The position numbers and the translations under genes are program-made. The notes beneath the pieces were generated by a model that worked only from the letters and a program-made list of their open reading frames with translations, searched no databases and had not been told where the DNA came from. A stretch of DNA of 5,484 nt from the IMG/VR virus record IMGVR_UViG_3300029381_000172; one strand, 5' to 3'. Positions 1 to 5,405 of the stretch are shown piece by piece. The DNA comes from a virus. Within the stretch, counting starts at the first letter, position 1. Each line of letters starts with the position of its first letter.

Positions 1-44
1 CGATGCCGGTTTATGGTGTTCCTGGTATGCTTGACCATTTTTAA
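1..44 (+). CDS. C-terminal 14 codons plus stop of VP1 major capsid protein. This is the wrap-around duplicate of 5362..5405; the full gene is 3720..5405.
   Basis: Bases 1..123 are identical to 5362..5484. Reading frame ...PMPVYGVPGMLDHF* ends at TAA 42..44, matching the end of the 561-aa ORF. Confidence 0.85.
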   Translation, partial: MPVYGVPGMLDHF

Positions 45-57
45 GGAGTGATGATAT

Positions 58-1101
58 ATGAGTTTCTTGTCATCGGTTGCTGGTGCTGCACTTGGCATAT
101 GGTCGGGTAATAAGTCGGCTAATGCCCAGGCTGCACTTTCCCGTGAGCAAATGAAATGGCAATCTCAAGAAGCGCAAAAAACTCGTGATTGGCAAGAAAA
201 AATGTCTTCTACCGCTCATCAGCGCGAGATTGAAGATTTACGTAAAGCTGGTTTAAATCCCATGCTTTCTGCTATGGGTGGTCAAGGTGCGTCTACACCT
301 GCCGGTGCAACCGCTTCTTATTCTTCCAATGCGTATACTGGTTATGGTTCGGATGTTTCTAATGGTATTAATGCTATGACTGGTATGTATTCTGCTAAAA
401 CGAATCGAAAAATTCAACAGCAGCAAGAAAAGAATCTGGAGCAGCAAAATTTGAACCTCGGTGCGGATACATATAAAAAGACACAGGAAGGTCGTGCTGC
501 ATCTACGGAAGCAGATTACAGAGAAGCTATGTTAAAGATGCAATTAGTACAGCTGCTTGCTAATGCGAATAATTTACAAGCTAATGCTGATTTTACAAAA
601 GGTGTCGGTACTGCCAAAGCACAGTCTGAGATTGATAAGTATACTGCTGAGGCTCGTTATATTAGCGGCCCTCAGACGGATGTTGCAAATGCGACGACTG
701 CAAATCTCGGTGCTCAGACAAACCGGATTAACGCTTTGTTGCCACATGAAATCGCAAAAATTGATAGTGATATCGAGAAGAATGTGCATGAAATTTTACG
801 AATTGATTCTGAGACAAGCTTAAATCAAGTTAAAATGATGACCGAAAAGTATATACAGGGCGAGCTTAGTGCTCGCTCGCTAGTTGAGTATCTAAAAGCT
901 AAAGGTCAGACTGAAGATAATGCGTTAAAGTATACAAATCGTGTGCGTGCTCAGATGGATCTAAAACAGTATCAAGTTCAAAATCGTTATTCTGGCGTCG
1001 CTCCGCAAGATCCTTATGAATATTTAGCTCGTATTCTCGGCAATGCGAAAGGCCTTGTTGATGCTAGTCCGTTGGGCCTTATCACACAAGTTTTTAAGTG
1101 A
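58..1101 (+). CDS. VP2 minor capsid / DNA pilot protein, 347 aa
   Basis: ATG at 58 preceded by AAGGAG (43..48) with 9-nt spacing. Gly/Ala-rich hydrophobic N-terminus (SFLSSVAGAALGIWSG). The block QREIEDLRKAGLNPMLS matches the conserved YQR..xDhxxAGLNPML motif of gokushovirus VP2. It sits directly downstream of VP1 with a 13-nt gap, as in gokushoviruses. Gln/Asn/Ala-rich coiled-coil-like middle section. Confidence 0.85.
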   Translation: MSFLSSVAGAALGIWSGNKSANAQAALSREQMKWQSQEAQKTRDWQEKMSSTAHQREIEDLRKAGLNPMLSAMGGQGASTPAGATASYSSNAYTGYGSDVSNGINAMTGMYSAKTNRKIQQQQEKNLEQQNLNLGADTYKKTQEGRAASTEADYREAMLKMQLVQLLANANNLQANADFTKGVGTAKAQSEIDKYTAEARYISGPQTDVANATTANLGAQTNRINALLPHEIAKIDSDIEKNVHEILRIDSETSLNQVKMMTEKYIQGELSARSLVEYLKAKGQTEDNALKYTNRVRAQMDLKQYQVQNRYSGVAPQDPYEYLARILGNAKGLVDASPLGLITQVFK

Positions 1102-1120
1102 GTTTTCTGTTAGAAATCTA

Positions 1121-1149
1121 TTGACTTTCTATTTAAGCTATGTTATAAT
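1121..1149 (+). promoter_or_regulatory. Consensus sigma70-type promoter with an extended -10 element: TTGACT (1121..1126), a 17-nt spacer, then TGtTATAAT (1141..1149)
   Basis: Read directly from the sequence: ttgactttctatttaagctatgtTATAAT. The -35 hexamer matches consensus at 5 of 6 positions, the -10 at 6 of 6, and the spacing is the optimal 17. The predicted transcription start near 1156 lies about 22 nt upstream of the ATG at 1178. Confidence 0.6.
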
Positions 1150-1177
1150 TTAAACATAGAAAGAGAGGTTGATAGGT

Positions 1178-1357
1178 ATGAAAGAGTTAAAAAAGTCGAG
1201 AAGCGTTTATTGTACAGAGAGTGAATACCAGCGTTTGAAGAATGCTCTTGCACTTATTCGTGTTTATGATAATCTCGGTCCTCTTGCATTTTCCGAGAAG
1301 GCTTTCGCTGAACAGTCTTTTTGGAAGATAGTGAAAGGAATTGATAAGCATGATTAA
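1178..1357 (+). CDS. Hypothetical small protein, 59 aa (MKELKKSRSVYCTESEYQRLKNALALIRVYDNLGPLAFSEKAFAEQSFWKIVKGIDKHD)
   Basis: The track ORF 1169..1357 begins at TTG. The in-frame ATG at 1178 has a good SD, AGAGAGG (1162..1168), at 9-nt spacing and sits directly behind the consensus promoter. I recognise no family for it. Stop TAA 1355..1357. Confidence 0.55.
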   Translation: MKELKKSRSVYCTESEYQRLKNALALIRVYDNLGPLAFSEKAFAEQSFWKIVKGIDKHD

Positions 1358-1460
1358 GTTTGTTAAGTTTATTTTGTTTTGCTGTTCGCTGCTGCTCGCT
1401 TTATTTATTGTGCTTTTCGTGCTGATTCTTGTAGTCAGTACGGTTGACGTTTTGTTTTGA
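1350..1460 (+). CDS. Candidate 36-aa single-pass membrane peptide (MIKFVKFILFCCSLLLALFIVLFVLILVVSTVDVLF), not in the ORF track
   Basis: ATG 1350 is preceded by AAAGGAA (1334..1340) at 9-nt spacing. The start overlaps the stop of the upstream ORF (gcATGATTAA), which suggests translational coupling. The peptide has a K-containing N-terminus, an uninterrupted hydrophobic stretch of about 24 residues, and a short acidic tail. Stop TGA 1458..1460 falls immediately before the RBS of the next gene. Caveat: a T-rich strand inflates hydrophobic codons. Confidence 0.4.
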   Translation: MIKFVKFILFCCSLLLALFIVLFVLILVVSTVDVLF

Positions 1461-1476
1461 GAGAGGAAATGATATT

Positions 1477-1590
1477 ATGAAACGACAAAAAATGAGTAAG
1501 AAAAAGAGTAGTAAGAATTTCCGCCGCGGGATGAAGGTTAACCCCAAAAATAAGCGTTCTATCCCGATGCGTGGCGGTTTCCGGATGTGA
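1477..1590 (+). CDS. Small Arg/Lys-rich DNA-binding (packaging) protein, 37 aa, of the gokushovirus ORF8 type (comparable to phiX174 J): MKRQKMSKKKSSKNFRRGMKVNPKNKRSIPMRGGFRM. Not in the ORF track.
   Basis: ATG 1477 with SD GAGAGGAAA (1461..1469). 15 of 37 residues are K or R. The C-terminal ...PMRGGFRM matches the conserved MRGG-aromatic-R-hydrophobic end of gokushovirus small DNA-binding proteins. Position immediately upstream of the replication initiator gene fits. Stop TGA 1588..1590. Confidence 0.75.
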   Translation: MKRQKMSKKKSSKNFRRGMKVNPKNKRSIPMRGGFRM

Positions 1591-1621
1591 TGCTATCGTA
1601 GTTTGTTAGGAGATGTTTATT

Positions 1622-2539
1622 GTGCCATGTTATCATCCTATCCCCATGTGGTATAGTAAGGAAATAAATAAAGACACTGGTAAGCGTTCCTTAACAGCAA
1701 ATTATGGCAATGCGTGGCGTCCGCTCGGTAAACTCCCCGAAACGATTTATGTTCCGTGTGGTCAGTGTGTCGGCTGTCGGCTTGAGTATAGCCGACAGTG
1801 GGCTATGCGCTGTGTACATGAGTTTGAAATGGCTGGTTGCGTTGGATCATTTTTAACGCTTACTTATAGCCCTAGATATTTGCCGGAAGATGGTAAAATT
1901 CATAAGGATGTTTTTCAAAAGTTCATGAAGCGGCTTCGTAAGAAGTTTGGCAGTGGTCTTCGCTTTTTTGCTTGTGGCGAGTATGGCCATAGGTTTAAAA
2001 GACCCCATTATCATGCAGTTATATTTGGCTTACAATTCCCGGATTTAATGATTCATACGGTCAAAAATGGTTTCCAGTATTATCGCAGTCCGATATTGGA
2101 GAAGTTGTGGCCTTATGGATTCAGTTTGGTTGGTAGCGTTACGTTTGAGTCGTGCGCTTATGTTGCTCGCTATGTCATGAAAAAGCAGACAGGTGATGAT
2201 GTTGACGAATCTTTACAACCCTTTGTTTTGATGTCGCGCATGCCAGGTCTCGGTCATGATTGGTATGAGAAGTATAAAAGTCAGGTTTATCCCAATGATT
2301 TTATCGTTGTTCGCGACGGCGTGACGTGCAGGCCACCTGCATATTATGATTCTTTGCTTGAAAAGGATGATCCCGATTTGTACGAGAAAGTCAAAAAGGC
2401 TCGTCAAGACAAGTATCGTCGTGATGAGTCGATGACAACGGAAGAATATGAAATTGCTCAGATTCAAGAGCGGCTAAAAGCCCGTAAGCTAACAAAGCTT
2501 GTGCGAAAACTGCATGATGATATGGATATGTATGAGTAG
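1622..2539 (+). CDS. VP4 rolling-circle replication initiation protein (HUH endonuclease superfamily). Probable GTG start at 1622; the track's ATG at 1613 is the alternative.
   Basis: Motifs read in the translation: the Cys cluster CGQCVGCRLEYSRQWAMRC, the HUH motif PHYHAVIFG, and the catalytic di-tyrosine motif CAYVARYVMKK (compare phiX174 gpA YVAKYVNKK). The ATG at 1613 is only 1 nt from AGGAG (1608..1612). The GTG at 1622 has 9-nt spacing and gives an N-terminus M-PCYHPIPMW that matches the conserved MxC(Y/L/F)xPIxAW start of gokushovirus initiators. Stop TAG 2537..2539. Confidence 0.93.
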   Translation: MPCYHPIPMWYSKEINKDTGKRSLTANYGNAWRPLGKLPETIYVPCGQCVGCRLEYSRQWAMRCVHEFEMAGCVGSFLTLTYSPRYLPEDGKIHKDVFQKFMKRLRKKFGSGLRFFACGEYGHRFKRPHYHAVIFGLQFPDLMIHTVKNGFQYYRSPILEKLWPYGFSLVGSVTFESCAYVARYVMKKQTGDDVDESLQPFVLMSRMPGLGHDWYEKYKSQVYPNDFIVVRDGVTCRPPAYYDSLLEKDDPDLYEKVKKARQDKYRRDESMTTEEYEIAQIQERLKARKLTKLVRKLHDDMDMYE

Positions 2540-2566
2540 ATTCCATTTGACTTTTTGCCCCCCCGT

Positions 2567-2601
2567 ATGGTGCTGTTGTACTAACGAGAGGGCATTTTTT
2601 T
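2567..2601 (+). terminator. Weak terminator-like element after the replication initiator gene: GC-rich segment gcccccccg ... gagagggc followed by a T7 run (2595..2601)
   Basis: The C7 run and GAGAGGGC could form only a short GCCC/GGGC stem, though a clear U-tract follows. Microviruses typically carry leaky terminators. Low confidence. Confidence 0.25.
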
Positions 2602-2786
2602 ATATTTAAAATGAGCGATCCTTTTCTGTTTACTCCAAGCAACACTCCCTCTCGGAAAGGAGGTCCTTGATTGCCACGGTGAAATTGTTTTGCTCTCGTA
2701 TTAGTGGAACGGTGACGTACGGTGGCGTTTAGTCTTTATTAAAATATTTTCATATTAGAAAGGAGTTTAGAAATCACTATTCTTGC

Positions 2787-2801
2787 ACGTGTCTTACACG
2801 T
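2787..2801. other. Small hairpin ACGTGT-ctt-ACACGT followed by a T-rich run (tatttttac); possible weak intrinsic terminator or operator-like palindrome in the long intergenic region
   Basis: Inverted repeat read directly. The stem is only 6 bp, so it would be marginally stable. Confidence 0.3.
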
Positions 2802-2858
2802 TATTTTTACCGCTGTTTTTGATTTTATTCTTAACGTTTTAAAAGGAGCTGTTACAAA

Positions 2859-3137
2859 ATGCTTAAAGTTTACTCAATCTTGGATGATAAAGCACAGTGC
2901 TTCAATACGCCGTACTTTGCCCAAAATGACTTGGTTGCTAGCCGTTCTTTTAGTGATTTGTGTAATGATAGTCGGAGTCTTGTTAGTCAGCATCTCGGCG
3001 ATTTCCACTTGTATTGTTTAGGTGAGTTTGATGACGAAAAAGGTCTTCTTAAGCCTTATGATGTGCCTAATTTTATTAGTCACGCCTTACAGTATGCTAA
3101 TGTCGAAAGGAATGATGTTGATGGAGATTCGTTCTAG
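2859..3137 (+). CDS. Gokushovirus VP5-like small protein, 92 aa
   Basis: ATG 2859 with AAGGAG (2843..2848). The sequence MLKVYSILDDKAQCFNTPYFAQNDLVASRSFSD...GDFHLYCLGEFDDEKGLLKPYDVP fits the conserved VP5 pattern (FD.K...F..PFF..ND..A.R.F ... DF.L..LG.FDD.TG...P.D.P) seen in Chlamydia-type microviruses. Its 3' end overlaps the VP3 start. Confidence 0.7.
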   Translation: MLKVYSILDDKAQCFNTPYFAQNDLVASRSFSDLCNDSRSLVSQHLGDFHLYCLGEFDDEKGLLKPYDVPNFISHALQYANVERNDVDGDSF

Positions 3138-3558
3138 ATATAACGCCGGTGTCCGCGAAGGTTGGAAGTCGAGTACTCCTTCTATGACGCAGCAGCAGTT
3201 TAAAGACGAAGCAGATATCAATTATATCGTTTCAATGTATGATTCTTCTGGTGTTATGCCTACGTTTCACGGTGACGGTCAGCCTGCGCAGCCTGTTTTT
3301 GGTGATTTTGCATCACTGCCGGACAATGCGCAGGAAATGTACAATCGCATGATTGAGGCTAAAAATAACTTTGACAATTTGCCGTTAGAGGTTCGTAAGC
3401 GTTTTAATTATGACCCTGCTGCTTTCCTGGATTTTGTTGACAATCCGGAAAATTTGGATGAGCTTGTGGCCATGGGTCTTGCCACCAAGACCGTTATTAA
3501 CTCTGATAATCATACAGGAAATACGGATAATAATGCAGTCGATAATGCTAATGAATAG
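3112..3558 (+). CDS. VP3 internal scaffolding protein, about 148 aa from ATG 3112. The track ORF 3022..3558 starts at an upstream GTG.
   Basis: The C-terminal half (FKDEADINYIV...FGDFASLPDNAQEMYNRMIEAKNNFDNLPLEVRKRFNYDPAAFLDFVDNPENLDELVAMGLAT) matches the conserved gokushovirus scaffold signature (FKDECDIN ... FGDF ... LP..IR.RF.NDP..FL.FV.DP.N..EA..LGL). ATG 3112, or 3115/3121, is preceded by AAAGGA (3105..3110). Size from 3112 is the usual 148 aa or so. The upstream 30 codons overlap VP5 and code an odd Met/Leu-rich stretch. Confidence 0.85.
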   Translation: MMLMEIRSRYNAGVREGWKSSTPSMTQQQFKDEADINYIVSMYDSSGVMPTFHGDGQPAQPVFGDFASLPDNAQEMYNRMIEAKNNFDNLPLEVRKRFNYDPAAFLDFVDNPENLDELVAMGLATKTVINSDNHTGNTDNNAVDNANE

Positions 3559-3630
3559 GCATTTTCTCAATAAATGTCACTTTTTATCAGAAAAGCTGAA
3601 AAACCGCATGGTTGACACTTTTGTTTTCAG

Positions 3631-3665
3631 GTCGTACCAGTTCTACTTGATGTAACTGGTACGAC
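3631..3665. other. Perfect 12-bp inverted repeat with an 11-nt loop: GTCGTACCAGTT-ctacttgatgt-AACTGGTACGAC. Strong stem-loop in the VP3-VP1 intergenic leader.
   Basis: Read directly: the right arm is the exact reverse complement of the left arm. It is the strongest secondary-structure element in the genome, with TTGACA (3612..3617) 14 nt upstream. No U-tract follows, so it is not a classic intrinsic terminator. Confidence 0.6.
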
Positions 3666-3668
3666 TGA

Positions 3669-3687
3669 CACCAATGTTAGATTGGTG
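3669..3687. other. Second hairpin: CACCAAT-gttag-ATTGGTG (7-bp stem, 5-nt loop), 3 nt after the first
   Basis: Perfect inverted repeat read directly. The tandem hairpin pair sits 33 nt upstream of the VP1 start. Confidence 0.5.
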
Positions 3688-3719
3688 CTCTAAATACAGA
3701 TGTTAGGAGATGTATAAAA

Positions 3720-5405
3720 ATGTCAAAAAGAGCTACTCAACACAACTTTGCTATAAGTCCACAAAACCAGGTTCCCCGGTCTTCGTTTAAGCGTTCTCAT
3801 ACGGTTAAGACTACGTTGGATGCAGGTCGACTTGTTCCTTTTTATATCGATGAAGTTTACCCCGGTGATACTTTTAATTGTAAAGCAACGCTTTTTGGCC
3901 GCATGGCTACGCCGATTGTTCCGGCCATGGATAATGCTTATATGGATACTTTCTTTTTTTTCGTTCCATATCGTTTGCTTTGGAAGCACTGGAAAGAGTT
4001 CAATGGTGAAAATCCGCTTGCCGGTTATCAGAGCACAGAATATGAAGTGCCGCAAATGACGGCTACAAACGCTCAAGTACAGACGCTTTGGGACTATTTC
4101 GGCTTTCCGACTGATGTAAAAAATAAGTTATCCGTAAGTGCGTTTCCGTTCAGAGCTTATTGGAAGATTTACAACGATTGGTTCCGTGACGAAAATCTTC
4201 AGAACGCCGTTTCAATCCAGACTGGCAATCCGCTTTCTTCGACTTCGTCAGAAGACGACGCTTATGGTGGCGATGCTATGCAAGATGCTACGACTGCGCA
4301 GTGTTTTTATCGTGGTAAGCGTCATGATTACTTTACAAGTGCCTTGCCCTGGCCGCAAAAAGGTCCTGGTGTAGAGCTGCCTCTTGGTCAGACTGCTAGT
4401 ATTACTGGTTCTTTGCCTCTTAGCGGCTCTGTTGGTATTGCTGAGCCTTTGCCTGGTTGGACGGATCCTAATCCAGGTTTATACGTTCATGTAGCTGGTG
4501 TTAATACTGAATCTTTTTCTACTGTGAAGTTAAAGGGTGGTCAGCGTCCTGCGCCGTCTAATTCGCTCGATACCCCTTTAAGTTTATCTCTTAATGGTAC
4601 TGCTGATGCAACTAAAGCTACGGTTGATTTATCTACCGCAACTGCAATTACAATTAATAGTTTACGTTCTGCTTTTGCGCTTCAACGATTCTATGAAAAA
4701 GACGCTCGTGGTGGTACGAGATATACTGAAATTATTCGTTCTCATTTTGGTATTATTTCGCCGGATGCTCGTCTTCAGCGTAGCGAATACCTCGGCGGTG
4801 ATTCGACACCGATTATGTTTAACCCCGTTCAGCAGACGTCTTCTACGGATACAACTTCGCCGCAAGGTAACCTGTCTGCATATGCTTTGATGAGTACACG
4901 TGTTCATGGATTTAATAAGTCTTTTACGGAGCATGGTATTGTAATCGGTTTATGCAATATTCGCACTGATTTGAGTTATCAGCAAGGTATTAATAAGACA
5001 TGGCTTAGACAAACTCGTGAAGAATTCTATTGGCCTACTTTTGCTCATCTTGGCGAGCAGGCTGTGTTGAATAAGGAGATCTACGCCCAGGGCACTGATG
5101 CTGATAACCAGGTTTTCGGTTATCAGGAACGATATGCCGAATGCCGTTATCATCCATCCATTATTACTGGTAAGATGCGTTCAACATATGCGCAGAGTAC
5201 GGATGTTTGGCATTTTGCCCAGAAATTTGATGCGCTCCCGGCTCTTAATGGTGAGTTTATCCAAGACCAGGCGTCTTATCAAGCAATTAAGCGTATTAGT
5301 GCAGTACAGTCTGAGCCTCAGTTTTATCTTGATGCATATTTAGATTTAAAGTGCGCTCGTCCGATGCCGGTTTATGGTGTTCCTGGTATGCTTGACCATT
5401 TTTAA
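3720..5405 (+). CDS. VP1 major capsid protein, 561 aa
   Basis: ATG 3720 with AGGAGA (3705..3710). Gokushovirus VP1 hallmarks: N-terminal MSKR...HNFAISPQN...RSHTVKTTLDAGRLVPFY.DEVYPGDTF, the block INSLRSAFALQRFYEKDARGGTRYTEIIRSHFG after a Ser/Thr/Gly/Pro-rich variable insertion, and a C-terminal FYLDAYLDLKCARPMPVYGVPG. Size is typical at 530-570 aa. Ends TAA 5403..5405 inside the terminal repeat. Confidence 0.95.
   Translation: MSKRATQHNFAISPQNQVPRSSFKRSHTVKTTLDAGRLVPFYIDEVYPGDTFNCKATLFGRMATPIVPAMDNAYMDTFFFFVPYRLLWKHWKEFNGENPLAGYQSTEYEVPQMTATNAQVQTLWDYFGFPTDVKNKLSVSAFPFRAYWKIYNDWFRDENLQNAVSIQTGNPLSSTSSEDDAYGGDAMQDATTAQCFYRGKRHDYFTSALPWPQKGPGVELPLGQTASITGSLPLSGSVGIAEPLPGWTDPNPGLYVHVAGVNTESFSTVKLKGGQRPAPSNSLDTPLSLSLNGTADATKATVDLSTATAITINSLRSAFALQRFYEKDARGGTRYTEIIRSHFGIISPDARLQRSEYLGGDSTPIMFNPVQQTSSTDTTSPQGNLSAYALMSTRVHGFNKSFTEHGIVIGLCNIRTDLSYQQGINKTWLRQTREEFYWPTFAHLGEQAVLNKEIYAQGTDADNQVFGYQERYAECRYHPSIITGKMRSTYAQSTDVWHFAQKFDALPALNGEFIQDQASYQAIKRISAVQSEPQFYLDAYLDLKCARPMPVYGVPGMLDHF

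Noticed and set aside
557-823. 88-aa + strand ORF in an alternate frame inside VP2, hydrophobic and basic, superficially like an embedded phiX174 E-type lysis gene
   Set aside because: It starts at TTG. The first ATG (563) has no SD. On a T-rich strand the hydrophobic character is expected in off-frames because T at the second codon position gives Leu/Ile/Phe. The hydrophobic stretch is interrupted by Arg and Lys, so it is not a clean membrane helix.
1468-1480. aTGATATTAtg at the start of the J-like gene resembles the phiX174 origin core CAACTTGATATTAATAAC at the gpA nick site
   Set aside because: Only 8 contiguous matching nucleotides in an AT-rich context, which is near chance expectation for a 5.4-kb genome. 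Gokushovirus origins are not known to share the phiX sequence. I kept it only as a note.
2547-2552. Second TTGACT hexamer right after the initiator gene's stop codon, identical to the -35 element of the 1121 promoter
   Set aside because: There is no acceptable -10 hexamer at 16-18 nt spacing. The nearest TATGGT is 13 nt away, and the C7 run follows.
2611-2731. Mini-ORFs in the long intergenic region: a 19-aa ORF from ATG 2611, and a 17-aa ORF from GTG 2678 after the AAAGGAGG motif
   Set aside because: The ATG at 2611 has no SD. The strong SD at 2656 is followed at proper spacing only by TTG plus 3 codons, and the GTG at 2678 is 14 nt away. Neither looks like a real gene.
2540-2858. Searched the intergenic regions for a dif-like XerC/XerD site (as used by integrating enterobacterial gokushovirus prophages), and for GATC depletion
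   Set aside because: I could not recognise a convincing dif-like 28-mer by eye. GATC appears sparse at about 7 sites, but I cannot compute expected counts reliably here. Both need a proper motif scan.
3410-3655. 81-aa + strand ORF overlapping the VP3 3' end and running into the VP1 leader
   Set aside because: Alternate frame of VP3, no RBS, translation unrecognisable. It runs through the hairpin region, which is better explained as a structural element.
3723-4076. 117-aa minus-strand ORF antisense to the VP1 N-terminal region, along with the other minus-strand ORFs at 253..447, 574..789, 2213..2645, 3385..3570, 4662..4934 and 4950..5153
   Set aside because: Microviruses transcribe one strand only. 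These ORFs lie wholly inside well-supported + strand genes, have no RBS, and give low-complexity translations.
4594-4890. 98-aa + strand alternate-frame ORF inside VP1, Leu-rich
   Set aside because: No SD ahead of the ATG at 4594. It shows the same T-rich off-frame artefact and has no recognisable motif.
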